DNA from: Marsupella aquatica
Lineage: Eukaryota > Plantae > Marchantiophyta
DNA length: 64,000 nt
Reading direction: 5' to 3'
NCBI GenBank assembly: GCA_973895155.1
Contig: OZ316892.1
Span: 19,011,457-19,075,456 of the forward strand
The stretch's first letter is position 1, and each line of letters starts with the position of its first letter. The translations under genes and the position numbers were made by a program. This document shows positions 48,401-61,279 of this stretch, in pieces. The notes beneath the pieces are model-generated. The model was not told the DNA's origin and ran no database searches. It saw nothing but the letters and a program-made list of their open reading frames with translations.

Positions 48401-51400
48401 CTGGAAAGCTTTAGCCCCAATTTTGTATGTCACGTTCAACAGAGTGATGGGCCACTTGTTGGTAAGCCAAAGCTGATTGTTCTTCTTGCACAATAGGATG
48501 ATAAAACCCCTAAGGAGAAAGTGCCTTCTGCCATGCCATGGAGGATTGCCTTGTGGAGGGAGCCCCCCACTATCTTCCAATGGGCCACAAAGAATTCAAC
48601 CGGGCCCCCATCTGGGCTAGGGCATTAGATGCCATAGTGTTGGAAGCTCTGTCAAGCTCATCAATGGTCAATGGTGAATTCAGCACAGCTTGATCCTCAG
48701 CTGTAAGGACCTCATTTAGGACTTCAAGCACTTGCGCTAGCTGGTCTGGAAGACAACCCTCAGGTCTACCAAGAATGTCCTTGAAGAAGTGGCTACCAAG
48801 GCCATTTCTTGCCATTCAAACACCAGCCCCCACACCAACCACTCCTTGTTATCAAAGAGTCACTTGATGAATCTCTTTGTTCCTTGCAGCCAGATCTTTG
48901 AAAGACCTGAAAAACAACTTGGAGCACTTATCCTAGACTGCAATCCACCTAGATTGTAGGATTTAGTCCATCCACCTAACACAATCCTTTGCTTTAATAG
49001 TTGCCTGGCTATCCTATAGGTTAGCTTCAAGATGTAGCTATGCCCAAGCCAGATTTTGCCTGAGAGTTGATTTTTTTAGCCATCTCTATATTGCCCAACG
49101 TTTTCCCTAGCTACAACCCATCTTCCTTGCAATCTTGATGCATATGATAAGGAGTCATCTGGGAGTAGACCCCTTTGATCACAATTTGCCGCTTCCTCCA
49201 TCCACATCTCGATAATTAAGCTCGTCGGTAAGTCCCCGGCAAAGTTGGCACCTAGTATTGAACTCGGGGGTCTCTTCCACGGAAGTGTCACATCATGTGC
49301 AACAAAGTATAGGGTCATTTAAATGGTTCTGAAGAAAGACTTTCAAAATTTTGTGGAAGAACAATAGGGTCCGTTAAATTTTTGGATGTGCTTTAAGGAA
49401 CAATAGACCCTCATTAAATAGGTCATATTCCATGAATTTGTCTAAGAAAATTAGGGTTTTTAATGTCATGTACATGCATAGGCCACATGGCATGTTCTAA
49501 TTGGTACACACGTGTACTCCCAAATAATAGTTATTTTAGCTATTTTCTCAAGAAAACAGCTAAAAGTATGCATGGGTGTCACTAGGGTTTGGGCCTTTAT
49601 ATTTAGGGGCTATGCAATTTCATGGGGCCTCAATTGTTGTTGCTATTATTGGAGGGCTACAAAAGGTCTATGGAAGGGCGTACCCTATGGAGGCCATTGT
49701 GACTTTGGTAGGAATTGAGGGTTTGGTTTGGTTAGGTTAGGTTAGGCTAGGGTTTTTGGTATTCAAGTTTGAGCTTCAAGTCAGGGAGTTATGGGGCAGC
49801 CAACTTACTACCCAATTCCAATGTTCAATTTAAACACTTTGGAGCTTCAGGCAAAGGTCAAAAGTTAGAGCTAACTTGATGTCATAACAAGGTTGTGGAA
49901 GGACAATGTTGGCTAGGAGGACTGCCATTGGACCTTGGAGTGCATTGCGGAGGTCTTAGAGCAAACTATTTGTTTGTCATGTATGTCCGTTGCTATCTAT
50001 TTTGCTAGCGCTTGTTTAAATGTTCTTTTTTGTTTGGCTCAAGATGATGACTATTTCTAATGTGGATGCGTGACAAGCGAAGGAAGACAATAAAACCAGG
50101 AAGGGAGGCTTGGTGAAGAAGGAATGCACAGCTTGAATTTTTATATTCGAGAAGTTTGTGTCTTGTATTGCCTTGTGTTATTTTTGGTGTTTGTTTATAA
50201 TTGCAAATAGGAGTATTGCTAGTTATTTTGAAGAACAACTATGATGTAATTTATTTATTTATATTTATTCTACTCCATCATTATCATAAAACCGTGAAAA
50301 TGTCGTGATAAGCTCAATGTTGAGGTGTTCAATGCCCCACTCGTATTGGGAGGACCTTTCTTTTGCATTCAAATGACCTATCATGAAGGTCACCTCTACT
50401 TCTACTCTGAGGCCATGAGCTAAAGCAAATGAGTTGTAAGTTCTCATTGGCTCAATTCCCCTCCATAATATGAAAATAATCCAGTCATGCAACGGTTTGT
50501 GAAGCAAGGTAGAGAATTGATGTCTTGAATGTAATAGGCAACCAACATTGTCTAGTTTTCTACTCATAGTGTATGGTTCCCACCATGCTACACTATTTGA
50601 GAGTATAGAGAGCAACATAGACAAGTTGATGGTTGAACAACCATAGAATAATATGTATAATTATTTAATTTAATGGTCTATGGACTATATAGGAGATGTA
50701 ATTGCATTGAGTGTAAAAACAAAGCAAATTGAATGATTGCAAAATTTTAGGCTGCAACTTATGAGATACTTATCTTTTCTTTATAAGTATTGTTTAATTC
50801 AGAACAAAACTTTACTTAGAGTTTTTAGGGGTAATTAAACACAGTAAAAAATGGTTGCTTTAAGTACATAAGGGCGAGAAACAAAATTCACTTATAAGTT
50901 AGAGGGTCTAGACCTAAAAACATCGCACGTGATGTAGGACCCTGCATACAGTGGACCCCCCGCCCCCAAGGTACTGAAAGCACCACATCTCGCCGTTGTG
51001 GAATCCACATTGAAAGTGTTTCCAACACAAGGTAATTTTCAACTCAACAACCCTGGAATCACTACCATTCAGTTTGATTACATTGGTCGGAATCTTTGTT
51101 GATGTTTTTGTTTTTCCTATCAACACTTTGTGTCTAGTTGTACATAGCCAAGGTCCTCCTCTCTGCCCAATCAAGCCTTCTCTTTCCACGCCTTTGGAGG
51201 GGCCAACAAATACCTCACCCTTGCAAACACCACGGACCACAAGATTTTCCAAAAAAATCAGATTGAGGCAAATAGGGCACAAGAGGAAGCAAATTACTGC
51301 CAAGAGCAAGGAGAAGAACAACACCAACAAGAGGTGGAGGAGCTGTTGCAGCAGCTGTTGGCACTACAAGCCAAGGAGCTAGCAATTGAGTAGGCACTGA

Positions 51401-52700
51401 AAGGGGAACTTAGGCCAACCCCACCAGCACAGGGAGCCAACTCCAAATCTCACAACACCACCAAACGGAACCAAAAGAGGGAGGCATCCTATTCACTACA
51501 GAGTACTGCATAGATGATCCCACCTGCTACTGTGTTGGAGGGGCAACCCCCATTCAATGGCCTATTGCATGCAAAGCTTGGGGCTAGGCCTAAGGAGCAC
51601 AAACTCAGGGAATGTCGTGTAAAGAAATCCAACATGAGGTAAGGCCATATGCACACTAGGTTTATGCTCCTGCTTTGGATGGTGCACATGCCATCCAGAA
51701 TCAAGAGGAGGTGGTTGGAATTGGGGGTTTGTCTATCAGAGTACACAATCCTCTTGTAGCATCCATTCCCACATCCATTACAAGCGATTCAAACGGGCTA
51801 TCAAGTAAAGAGCGGTGTGGGGTGTGCCTTGATCACCCTGTTTCATGAGAATCTACAAGCCAAACTCACCAAGAAAACGTATTGATCTCTATCTGATCTT
51901 CAACTTGCTAGACATCTCCTGCAAATGGATCGTTATATATGGGAGATGTCAATATGATCGAGGGGAGAAAGGATCAGAGAGTGGAACCACCAACATTGTG
52001 GCTGGCAGCAACCTGAGAGCCTGTTGTCACTTGAAGAGAAGAATCCACATGGATGATTCGTTCCAACATTACCCCAAACACCTGAGGTTTTGTTGGGACT
52101 GTAAAAGGCAGCACTTTCACAATCCTCGCACTAAATTCAAGCTAGCTCTAGGGGGACCAGGTGATAAGACGGAACTGAATTCAAAATTCATCATCATTTC
52201 CATAATTTTACCTGACATTCCCCTGTTCGATCATGCTCCAATATGTGCGACCATTTGCCCAGTCCAAGATGTTTGAAATTAGCTTGATTACATGGGTCAA
52301 AAGTGGTAGTGCAGTTGTTGACTGAGGCAAAGCTATCTAGAGCCTTGAGAGGTGATGCTTGAAGGAGGTGAACTTTGATGTCATCCCCTACGTTAATGTC
52401 AAATTGCACAACAAATAGAGCATTTGGGATTTCATTGTGCAAAGACAAATTGGTCTCATTCTCCTGATTGTGAGCCACAATCTAGTTGCTAGCTAGCTTG
52501 ACCAGAGTCAAATTTGAATCCTAGTACCACCTTGTTGCCCAAAATCCTCTGGGTACCAGATTGCAAGACCTCCTTAGGAATGCAATGAATCACAGACTAT
52601 GTTATCCACCGTAGGAGTTGAATCATGGCACTCTGTACCCTTGCATAGATGACCATCGGGCAGCGCTGAGATCCCTTCATTCCGTGTGGAAGCCGTTGGA
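45480..52700 (-). mobile_element. Decayed L1-type LINE (ORF2 RT region and probable ORF1 remnant), interrupted by a TIR element
   Basis: RT-region motifs WPITLLNVTYKIGAKA, PQQFAFL and ELDTAQAFD (48218-48580), NSPLTIDEL (about 48660-48685) and HGGHGL (about 47470). Many stops and frameshifts. Outer boundaries are approximate. Confidence 0.8.
49263..50970. mobile_element. Longer (1.7 kb) member of the CTCGGGG TIR family
   Basis: The left end CTCGGGGGTCTCTTCCACGGAAGTGTCACATCA and the right end CATCGCACGTGATGTAGGACCC...CCCCCAAG match the ends of 18509-18840. The TSD is GTATTGAA (49255-49262) / GTACTGAA (50971-50978). Confidence 0.85.
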
Positions 52701-55242
52701 TGGGCTGATGCTAATCCAAAGCATTTTTTGTAGTGCTCAGTTGCTCAACTTCTAATAAAAAAATTTCTCAATATATATCAAATTCAATTGGAGGAGCCAT
52801 GTCTGGGAGTGCCAGCCGGCTGTAGGAAAAGGGCTGGAGCAACAAGGTTGAATGTGCAATGTGTGCTTTGTAATTAAACATTGGAGATAAGCCAACCCTG
52901 CAAATGCGCTAGATTGCGGTAGACGACGTCATCTTTGGGGGCTTGGTTGCCCACGCAATGTTGTTGACAACTCAAAAATGCAGTGAGAGAATTAAAAATG
53001 CAGCATGACGGGCGGCGGCCAGCTCATAGTAAGTTGAGGTTTTTTGACCCAAGGAGTGTCCCAGACTCCCAAGGTCCATGCTGATGACGTGGGCTGAAGT
53101 AGTGGTTTTCATCAACGTGCTAGTGATAGGGTGCCAAAATTTGGTGGAGTGGTCATCCCAGTGGTCGTGAGGTATCAGAAACACTACAAATTCAAAAACT
53201 GGTCCAAATGTTAGTAAAACACAAAGTTTGCAATGAGCATAGAGCTGCTGCAAAACGCAGGGTGTGTAAATCGTGTGATTACCCTGTGAAAAGCTTAGCG
53301 AGCTGTTAAGATAAGACACAGTCCAAGGTGAATGCGTAGTAGCGGTTATGAGTTGGCAGAGCCCCTCTGTTGCAAAAAGTGGTCAATGGAGGTTGAAATT
53401 TTTAACTTGAGGTCTGTAGCGTGTCAAGTGGTAAAAATGAGTGCATGTAACACAATTCCCTCCCCACAAAAAAGCTAAGTGGTTGGCCTCAACAGACATA
53501 CCCTCCGCAAAAGACGGAGTCCTACATTGGGACCAATCCACCCCGGGCCCGTCAATTGCAGCAGCCTCTCTCTACTTTGCATCTTTTAGTAAGGTGAACC
53601 TGAGTGAAGTGGAAATACAATTCAAGTTTGGTAGAATTTGTGAAAGTTATGAAAAGCTGAGTTCAGACCTCTACCCTCACTCCTGAAGTAAGTTGCATAT
53701 ATAACATGGTGTTGTATGGTGAATTCACCTTTCATATTTTGTCTTATTCAGAATTTTTGTGTCATGTATTTTTATTTCAATGTGCCTTATCAAAGGGCAG
53801 CCTTTGTGTCGTATATATTTTTAATTAATTTTTAGACCCCTTTAATTTTAGATATTCTAGAGAATTTTGAACTTATTTTGGCAGCCCCCTTATAACTTTT
53901 AAAGTTTGTGATCTCTTAGAGATGAAACCAAGGGCTCCACGACTTGAACAAAGTATTCTCATGAGTGAGAGAAATGATTAGAGCTGAATAACATATTGTC
54001 TTAAGTTCCCCTCATGTCTTTCTTTCCTAAGTTTATGATTTTTATTGAAACGAGTGTCATTCATAAGGCACATTGAATTAAGTGCACAAATAGTAGCATC
54101 GTTGTGTCATAAAACTTGACTCTACTTTTCATTGGTCATTGTGTTTTTCTTGGCAGGCACTTTACCTACATTATTTTATTCTTCTAGTTATGCTCTCATA
54201 TTTTATTTACTCTCAGATCACTACAAGACAAAGAAAATCAAGCATGTTCCAGGATGAGCAGGCTATACTATATAACATGCAAACATTTCCAATTCCTAAT
54301 TCCCTTCTTGATTTTTCACTATGTAATTTTCATTGCATTTATGTGGACTAATGCACCGTTAAGATTGTCATATTGTGTTACTAGGACTTAATTGGCAATA
54401 ATAGCCCAGTTTTTGCAATCCCTTTTGGGGGGCATTATTGGCCCACATTGCCATGTAAACAGCAAGTTACTATATTCAGATATATGAAGCTAACTAAAGT
54501 ACTTTCCTTTAACAAATAGTGAACAAAGATGACAAAGTAACAATCAAACAGAAAAAGAGTGGCAAAGTATTTCTACAAAGAAGTGTGGCACTATACTAAA
54601 TTTTCACTTGATAAAAAAACAATAATTGCACAGGATGACACTTACAATAACATATGGTAACCAGTTCAGTGACGAGCCCCAATCTCTTGGGCAAGGGTAT
54701 TTTGTGGCAAAAACTTGCCAAATTCCACCTCCCTTAAGGTTGCTACTTTTGGTTAAAACCAATTCTCACCTAGCCATAGCCAAAATCTGTGATAGATATA
54801 TAGTGCTATCTAACTATCAGAAATGAATCTAGCAAATATAGATAAGGAATGTTATTACCATCTTGTCGTTCACAGAACTAGGTGACTTTCCCTACCCTGC
54901 CTGAAAAGAAAACAAAAACAACCTTAGAGCATTCCCACATGGCACGGGCCGGGAATGCCAAGCCAGGATGACTTCCAGCACGATTTTATTGTTTATGCCT
55001 TTTATCGTCCTCCAATGGTTGGCAGCAAAGTCAACCCAGTCCAGAGGCACGCCATAACTTGCCTCTTGCCATAACTATAGGAGCCTGCTCACTCACGCTA
55101 AACTGTGAGGATGTAGTGGACTGTGTCATCATGAGCACTCGATGCATCTGGAATTGTTGTTTTTGAGCTCAAGAGAGCAGAGTGAGCTTGCCTCGAGGTG
55201 GCAAGTGTGACCGGAAGGCAAGAAGCAAACAAGGAACCAACT

Positions 55243-55600
55243 GGCTTTGGACATTTGGCCAGGGGATGAGCCTACAACCGAGAGGTCTCGGGTTCAATCC
55301 CCACTCCACACGCAAGGGGTGTGGAGGGTATGTGTGTGTATGTGTGGGTGGGGTGTAGTGGTGGGAGCCCTGGTTTCTCCTCAGCCCCTGGTTGGCCCCA
55401 TTTTGGGGCCATGTGGGTGGATGGTATATGTGTATATGTGTGGGTGGGGTGTACTGGTGGGAGCCCTGGTTTCTTCTCAGCCCCTTGTTGGCCCTGGTTC
55501 TCATGGGGCCCTGGTTCAACCCTCTTGTCAGCTTCCTGATCCCTAGGTATCATCCCCCCTGTTGGATCCCTAGGTATATCCCCCCTAGTGGGTGGATCCT
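55243..55600 (+). mobile_element. tRNA-derived SINE-like element with tandem body repeats
   Basis: The head TTGGCCAGGGGATGAGCCTACAACCGAGAGGTCTCGGGTTCAATCCCC has a B-box GGTTCAATCCC (55291-55301). Two units of about 96 bp follow (about 55324 and 55419), then a short GATCCCTAGGTAT duplication. Confidence 0.6.
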
Positions 55601-56308
55601 TCGGTAAGCATCCTCCCTTTATGGCTACCCACACTGATGCATATTCCAAAGTACAACGCCCTAACCTAGCTTGGATGGGTATACTTTGGGCTTTCAAGGC
55701 AAAAAAACAGAAGCAGCAGAGGAACATCGATTATATTAGTGATTGTGAAATCGTAGAGTGTGGTCGCCACGAATTCATAACGTACGTGGGAAGGTTGGGA
55801 TTCTCTACCCTGTTAAGAGACCATCATTGGCCCGTTTGGAAGTGAGCAGTGATTTCAATGCTGGATGAAGACAAGTAGGCAAAGGATGTACTGCCTCTCC
55901 GAGCGGCGGAGAAGGATGGTGTGATGATTGTATGGCAATTGAGCCTCTCTCCTCAGCCGGTCAACAACAAGCCAATTCGGAGCTCGTTGTCGGGAGTGGG
56001 AGAATCGGATCGAGCATCCTCCGTCTCGGTGGGGATCTCTTTCCCCTCGTTTCGTTTTGTTGCCTTTGCCACACGACAAAGAGCCCTCCTTTCTGTCGGC
56101 GGTTCTTGCTGCGAAGATGACTATTCGTCACAAAGCAGAATCTAGCAGAGTAGTGTTTTTTCAATTCGTCGACATCGAGCTTCACGGAGTGTCTCCTCGA
56201 AGACTGGTGTGAATTGGGGAAGTTGGACGAGCTTCTGCGCTAATTTCGTTTTTGGTTGAGGAGAATTTGAGGTTGAAGCGTTTTTGTTCGTCTAGCAGAG
56301 GAGTAAGA

Positions 56309-59300
56309 ATGCAGACCATGAACGCGCCTGCAGTGGCGCAGGGACGAGTGGCCATACCGGCTGCTGCATTCTCCGGGTTGAAGAAGATGGATTCCATGCC
56401 GGGAGCTCTGCAGGTGCCTGCCGGACTCGGGAGGTTTTCCGCCAGGAGGATGGTGCAGGTCCGCAGAGCTCGGATTGCTGGCGTGCAGAATATGGCGCCG
56501 GAGCTGAAGAATCTGGAGATGGAGCCCGCGTCGAAAGGGAGCCCCCTTCTAGGTCTGTTGTTTCAGCCGTACCTTTTCTTTACAACAATGACTTCCAATC
56601 TGGACTGAGCATTGAGCCTTGAGCTGACAGAATTTTGAAGAATTCTTTACTTGTGAGCTTCCTTTTGGGTTCTGCTAGTAGATCGTTGTAGCCTCCTAAT
56701 GTGCTGTTTTGAAAGGCCTCGTTTCAATTGATGCCTTAGTGGAGGTGGATGTATGAAGGGTGGACCAGTCCTCAAGCGCTACGGTAGTCTAACTTGGGTT
56801 ATGTAGAAGCCCTTCGTCTTGTAATTCTTCTCGAAAAGGTGTGCAAAGGATCGGCCATGTGCGTAGAATTCATCGTGGCCAGAAAAGGATTCTAGAAGGA
56901 CTTAAAAATTCTGTTTATGAAATTCGTATCGGTGTATGCTGATGTGTTTGGGAATAAGTGCAGTGCCTCGCCAAAAGTACTGCGAGTCCATCTACAAGAC
57001 TGTCCGCCGGAAGACCAGAACGGTGATGATTGGAAATGTGGCAGTCGGTAGTGAGCATCCTATTCGGGTGCAAACCATGACCACGACCGACACCAAGGAT
57101 GTGGCTGGCACTGTTGATCAAGTATGTGGGCGTTCCACAGACAAACCTTCTACATGATTTGGCATATCAAGAAGAAATCTTGGTTGAATCAAATAGATGT
57201 ATGAGTCACCACAGCTGCAACTATTTACATTTGGCCGGCCTTCACCTTGACCACCTCATATTGGTCACGGAAACCTTCTGGATGTCGGTCGTAGATTTGA
57301 GTTTGAACGATGCAGCCTTCTCTCCAACTGAGTTCCCTTGTCACTTTCTCAATCCTGGGTTATATTACTTGTCAATCCTGCGCAGGTAATGAGAGTTGCC
57401 GACCAAGGATGCGATATTGTCCGTATTACAGTCCAAGGTAAAAAGGAAGCAGACAAATGCTACGACATCAAGAACACCCTTGTACAGAAAGGGTACGCAC
57501 GAAATCTTCTACCCTATTGCATGACTTTTCCATGCCTCTGAATTTACCTCAAGCATGTCCACAGCTTCGAAAGCTTCTCCCTTATATACCTTGCTCATCC
57601 TATCTCTATCCCGATGCTTACAGAATTGTCATTGTGTCTGTTGTAACAGTTATAACATTCCACTTGTGGCCGATATCCATTTTGCTCCTACCATAGCTAT
57701 GAGAGTTGCAGAATGCTTCGACAAAATTCGGATCAACCCCGGAAACTTCGGTAAGTAGCTGTGATTAACTTCAAGGTCTTCGGAATACTCAATGAGACCA
57801 TGTACTTTGTACGAAGATGGAGAGTTTATTGATCGATAGAGATCCAGCTGGGGTGGCTCTTGACGTTCGTTTCTTGATTCGCCTTGATCGGCCTTTCTGG
57901 ACTGTGCTAGCAGTTGAAGCTTGAACACAATGAGCCAACTTGCATTGTGGGGAGACCTTCGTTTTCTGGCCCTTAACTGAACGGATGGCATTCAAACATG
58001 GCTGAGAATTTTATGCCTCAACCTCCTCACGAGGCAGGCCTGACGGCATATATACTAGTGAACCAAGGGCAAGGGCTAGGAACTTTCCGGCCATTGAGTT
58101 CATGGCCTGTGGAGTCGAAATAAGACAAAATGAGGCAGGGCCGCTAAAGCTGGGCCCAGTGACACCTAGTTGCAGCAAATTAGGGAGAACTCAGGGCCTC
58201 AAAGAAAGGACTGCTTTCATGCAAGATGGCTCTAAGCACGGGCCTGCTATGGTTACTGACTGAAGCTTTTGTGCACTTGTGCAGCTGATCGTAGAGCCCA
58301 ATTTGAGACACTAGAATACACTGAGGAAGACTATCAACTGGAACTTGAACACATTGAGAAGGTGTTTACTCCTCTAGTCCTAAAGTGTAAGGAATACGGC
58401 AGAGCAATTCGAATTGGCACTAACCACGGAAGTTTGTCAGACAGGATCATGAGCTACTATGGCGATTCTCCACGTGGAATGGTAGGTTTCGAAGATGAAA
58501 TTTGTCTTGTTGTGATTTCCTTCTTGAATCGGTCAATTTCCATCTGCCGTGGCGGTGAATTTTATGTTGCTTGTATTGGTATCTGGGTCAGGGAGGATTT
58601 TAAAAGAAACTCGGTCGGTTACGAGTATCCCCAAGACTGATTGGTATTAGAGGAAGCCGTGGTTTGTGCAACACATCAGCACTGTCATGTTTTCGTGTAC
58701 ATGAATTCAAGTATGCATCTGGGTTGTACAGGTGGAATCAGCTTTCGAATTTGGAAGAATTGCCAGGAAATTGGACTTCCACAACTTCGTTTTCTCAATG
58801 AAAGCCAGCAATCCAGTGGTTATGGTTCAAGCATACCGACTTCTGGTATCAGAGATGTATGTCAATGGATGGGATTACCCTCTTCACTTGGGTGTCACAG
58901 AGGCTGGAGAAGGGGAAGATGGTCGCATGAAGTCTGCCATTGGTATCGGGGCCCTTTTGCAGGTACATCTGAAAAGTTCTATCGTGTAATATTCTAGATT
59001 TTTTGATATTATTTATTTGGCTGGATGTTATTACTTTTTGAGGAGAATAGTTTGTGTAACATTCTGGACTTTTATGCACTAGAACCCTTGTTGTTAGTGT
59101 GATTTGCATTCCTAGGCAAGTGCAAGCATAGGTCTGCTCAATTTTACCATGGCCATGGTCTTCAAAATTCTTCACGCTTCCTAGTACACCCAGATGGTGA
59201 CGTCCATTCTCAATTGCTTCCATGTTACAGGATGGGTTAGGAGACACCATCCGAGTGTCTCTAACAGAGGAACCAGAGTTTGAGATTGAGCCTTGTGACA

Positions 59301-61279
59301 AGCTCGCCAAGTTGGGAATGAAGGCAGCTGCCGAGCAGAGAGGCGTTGAACCTTTCGAGGATAAGCATCGCCGCTACTTCGACTTCCAGAGACGCACTGG
59401 CACACTCCCAGCTCAGAAAGAGGGAGACGAGGTGGACTACAGAGGTGTGCTCCATCGTGATGGATCTGTCCTTATGTCTGTCTCTCTAAAGCAACTGGAG
59501 AACCCAGAAGAGTTGTACAGATCTCTGGCGACCAAGCTCATCATTGGCATGCCCTACAAGGATCTGGCAACAGTGGACACCATTCTCTTGCGTGAATTGC
59601 CACCTGTTGAGGACAAAACAGCCGTAAGATGTTCATCTTATGCAGCTTGAAATTTATATGTTATGGCGTGTTGCTGATTGCTATCTTGCTCTTATGTAAG
59701 ACACCTTTTGTTTATCATATCCATTTCACACGTGTTGTCCTTATGCACACGTTAATTGCGACTGTTGTTTTTCAGAGACTGGCGGTAAAACGACTGGTTG
59801 ACATCGGCGTCGGAGTGCTGACCCCACTGTCTGAGCAGCTCGCGAAGCCTTTACCCAATGCTATGGTGCTTCTGACTCTGGATGAGGCTGCAAAGTCATT
59901 AGATAAGGTTCCAGCAGGTATTAGCCTAACCATCGAACTTTTTCGTCTTCTCCTTTCTCTGCTTGTTCTGCCTCAGCTTCTCGAAGTTACGGCTAAAGTA
60001 CCACGACATTAGTGTATAAATTGTTGACAGCAGACAGGGTACCTATCTCTTAGAGAAATAACGTCAAAGTCCCTTCCGCTGACTACCTGTGCTGACCGCA
60101 TACATGATACTTGACATTCGCAGGAACAAGATATGCAGTCAGTGTTCGAGGAGATGAACCATATGAGCAGCTTGAAGTGCTGAAGGACATTGATGCGGTT
60201 ATGATCCTGGCTTACCTTCCCGAAAGTGAAGAGAAGTCCAGCCGTGTACAGGCCTCAAGGAGGTTATTTGAGTTCGTGGAATCTAATGATATCCAGTTCC
60301 CAGTCATTCACCATCTCAAGTTCCCTGCAGGAACCGCAAGGTGAGGACAGGAAGTGTTAGTCGTTTAACAAAAAGGCTTTGAAGTTGCTCTTTCTATTCG
60401 AAATTCTCCTACGGGGCATTGCTGATAAGGAGTCTCCCTACTGTCCAGGGATGACTTGGTGATCAAGGCTGGCAGCGAAGCTGGTGCTTTGCTGGTGGAC
60501 GGCCTTGGGGATGGTCTTATGTTGGAGGCTGCTGACCAAGACTTCGAATTTCTGCGAACTACTTCCTTTGGAATGCTTCAGGGATGCCGGATGCGAAACA
60601 CAAAAACGGTTTGTTTTTTGCCCTTGCGCTCGTGTCAACTTGATTGGGGGATGGAAGGTTCCGTTTTGTTTTAATTCGGGCTCTACTTAATCATGCTCTT
60701 TCCCATTATTTTTCTTTCAGGAATATGTGTCCTGCCCTTCATGTGGACGCACCCTTTTCAACCTTCAAGACATCAGCGCTGAGATCCGGGACAGGACATC
60801 ACACCTTCCCGGTGTAGCTGTAAGTGTACAAACCAGATTCACTTTCAACCATATTTCACGTCTTGTTCTTCTCCAAAACAATGGAGTATCACCGGATGTT
60901 GTCTACGATGCTTTTTCTAATCTCATGATCTACCTCAGATTGCTATCATGGGTTGCATCGTCAACGGCCCAGGAGAGATGGCAGATGCAGACTTTGGATA
61001 TGTTGGTGGTGCTCCAGGAAAGATTGACCTCTACGTTGGCAAGGTATGCTGCTCTATCAGTGCTTGACGAAACTCGGTCGTTCATGTTTGATTGTCGATG
61101 TCAATCCGAACTTTGGATTTGTTGAATTTGTAGCTCCTACTGATTGAAAGGAATCATGTGTTATGGCTGTTCAGGAAGTAGTTAAGAGAGCTATCCCAAT
61201 GGAAACAGCAACAGATGCGTTGGTTCAGCTCATCAAGGACCATGGTCGATGGATCGAGCCTGCCGCTCTGGAAAACTAA
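56309..61279 (+). CDS. ispG: Plastid 4-hydroxy-3-methylbut-2-en-1-yl diphosphate synthase (HDS/IspG/GcpE), join(56309..56552,56964..57121,57386..57492,57650..57750,58285..58481,58732..58962,59231..59623,59776..59917,60124..60340,60449..60608,60721..60819,60939..61043,61175..61279), 752 aa
   Basis: Transit-peptide-like N-terminus; [63 protein letters not shown] and [10 protein letters not shown]; [4Fe-4S] ligands SCPSCGR and [11 protein letters not shown]. All 12 introns are GT-AG and the exons join in frame. Confidence 0.97.

Noticed and set aside
55255-55310. Candidate tRNA gene (T-loop GGTTCAATCCC)
   Set aside because: I could not fold a convincing acceptor stem or D-arm, and the shared downstream repeats fit a SINE-like element better.
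55169-55727. Overlapping ORFs with repeated peptides
   Set aside because: They are produced by the approximately 96-bp tandem body repeat of the SINE-like element.
38129-61279. Invertase plus HDS as a metabolic gene cluster
   Set aside because: The pathways are unrelated and the genes are separated by about 15 kb of TE debris; simple neighbourhood explains it.
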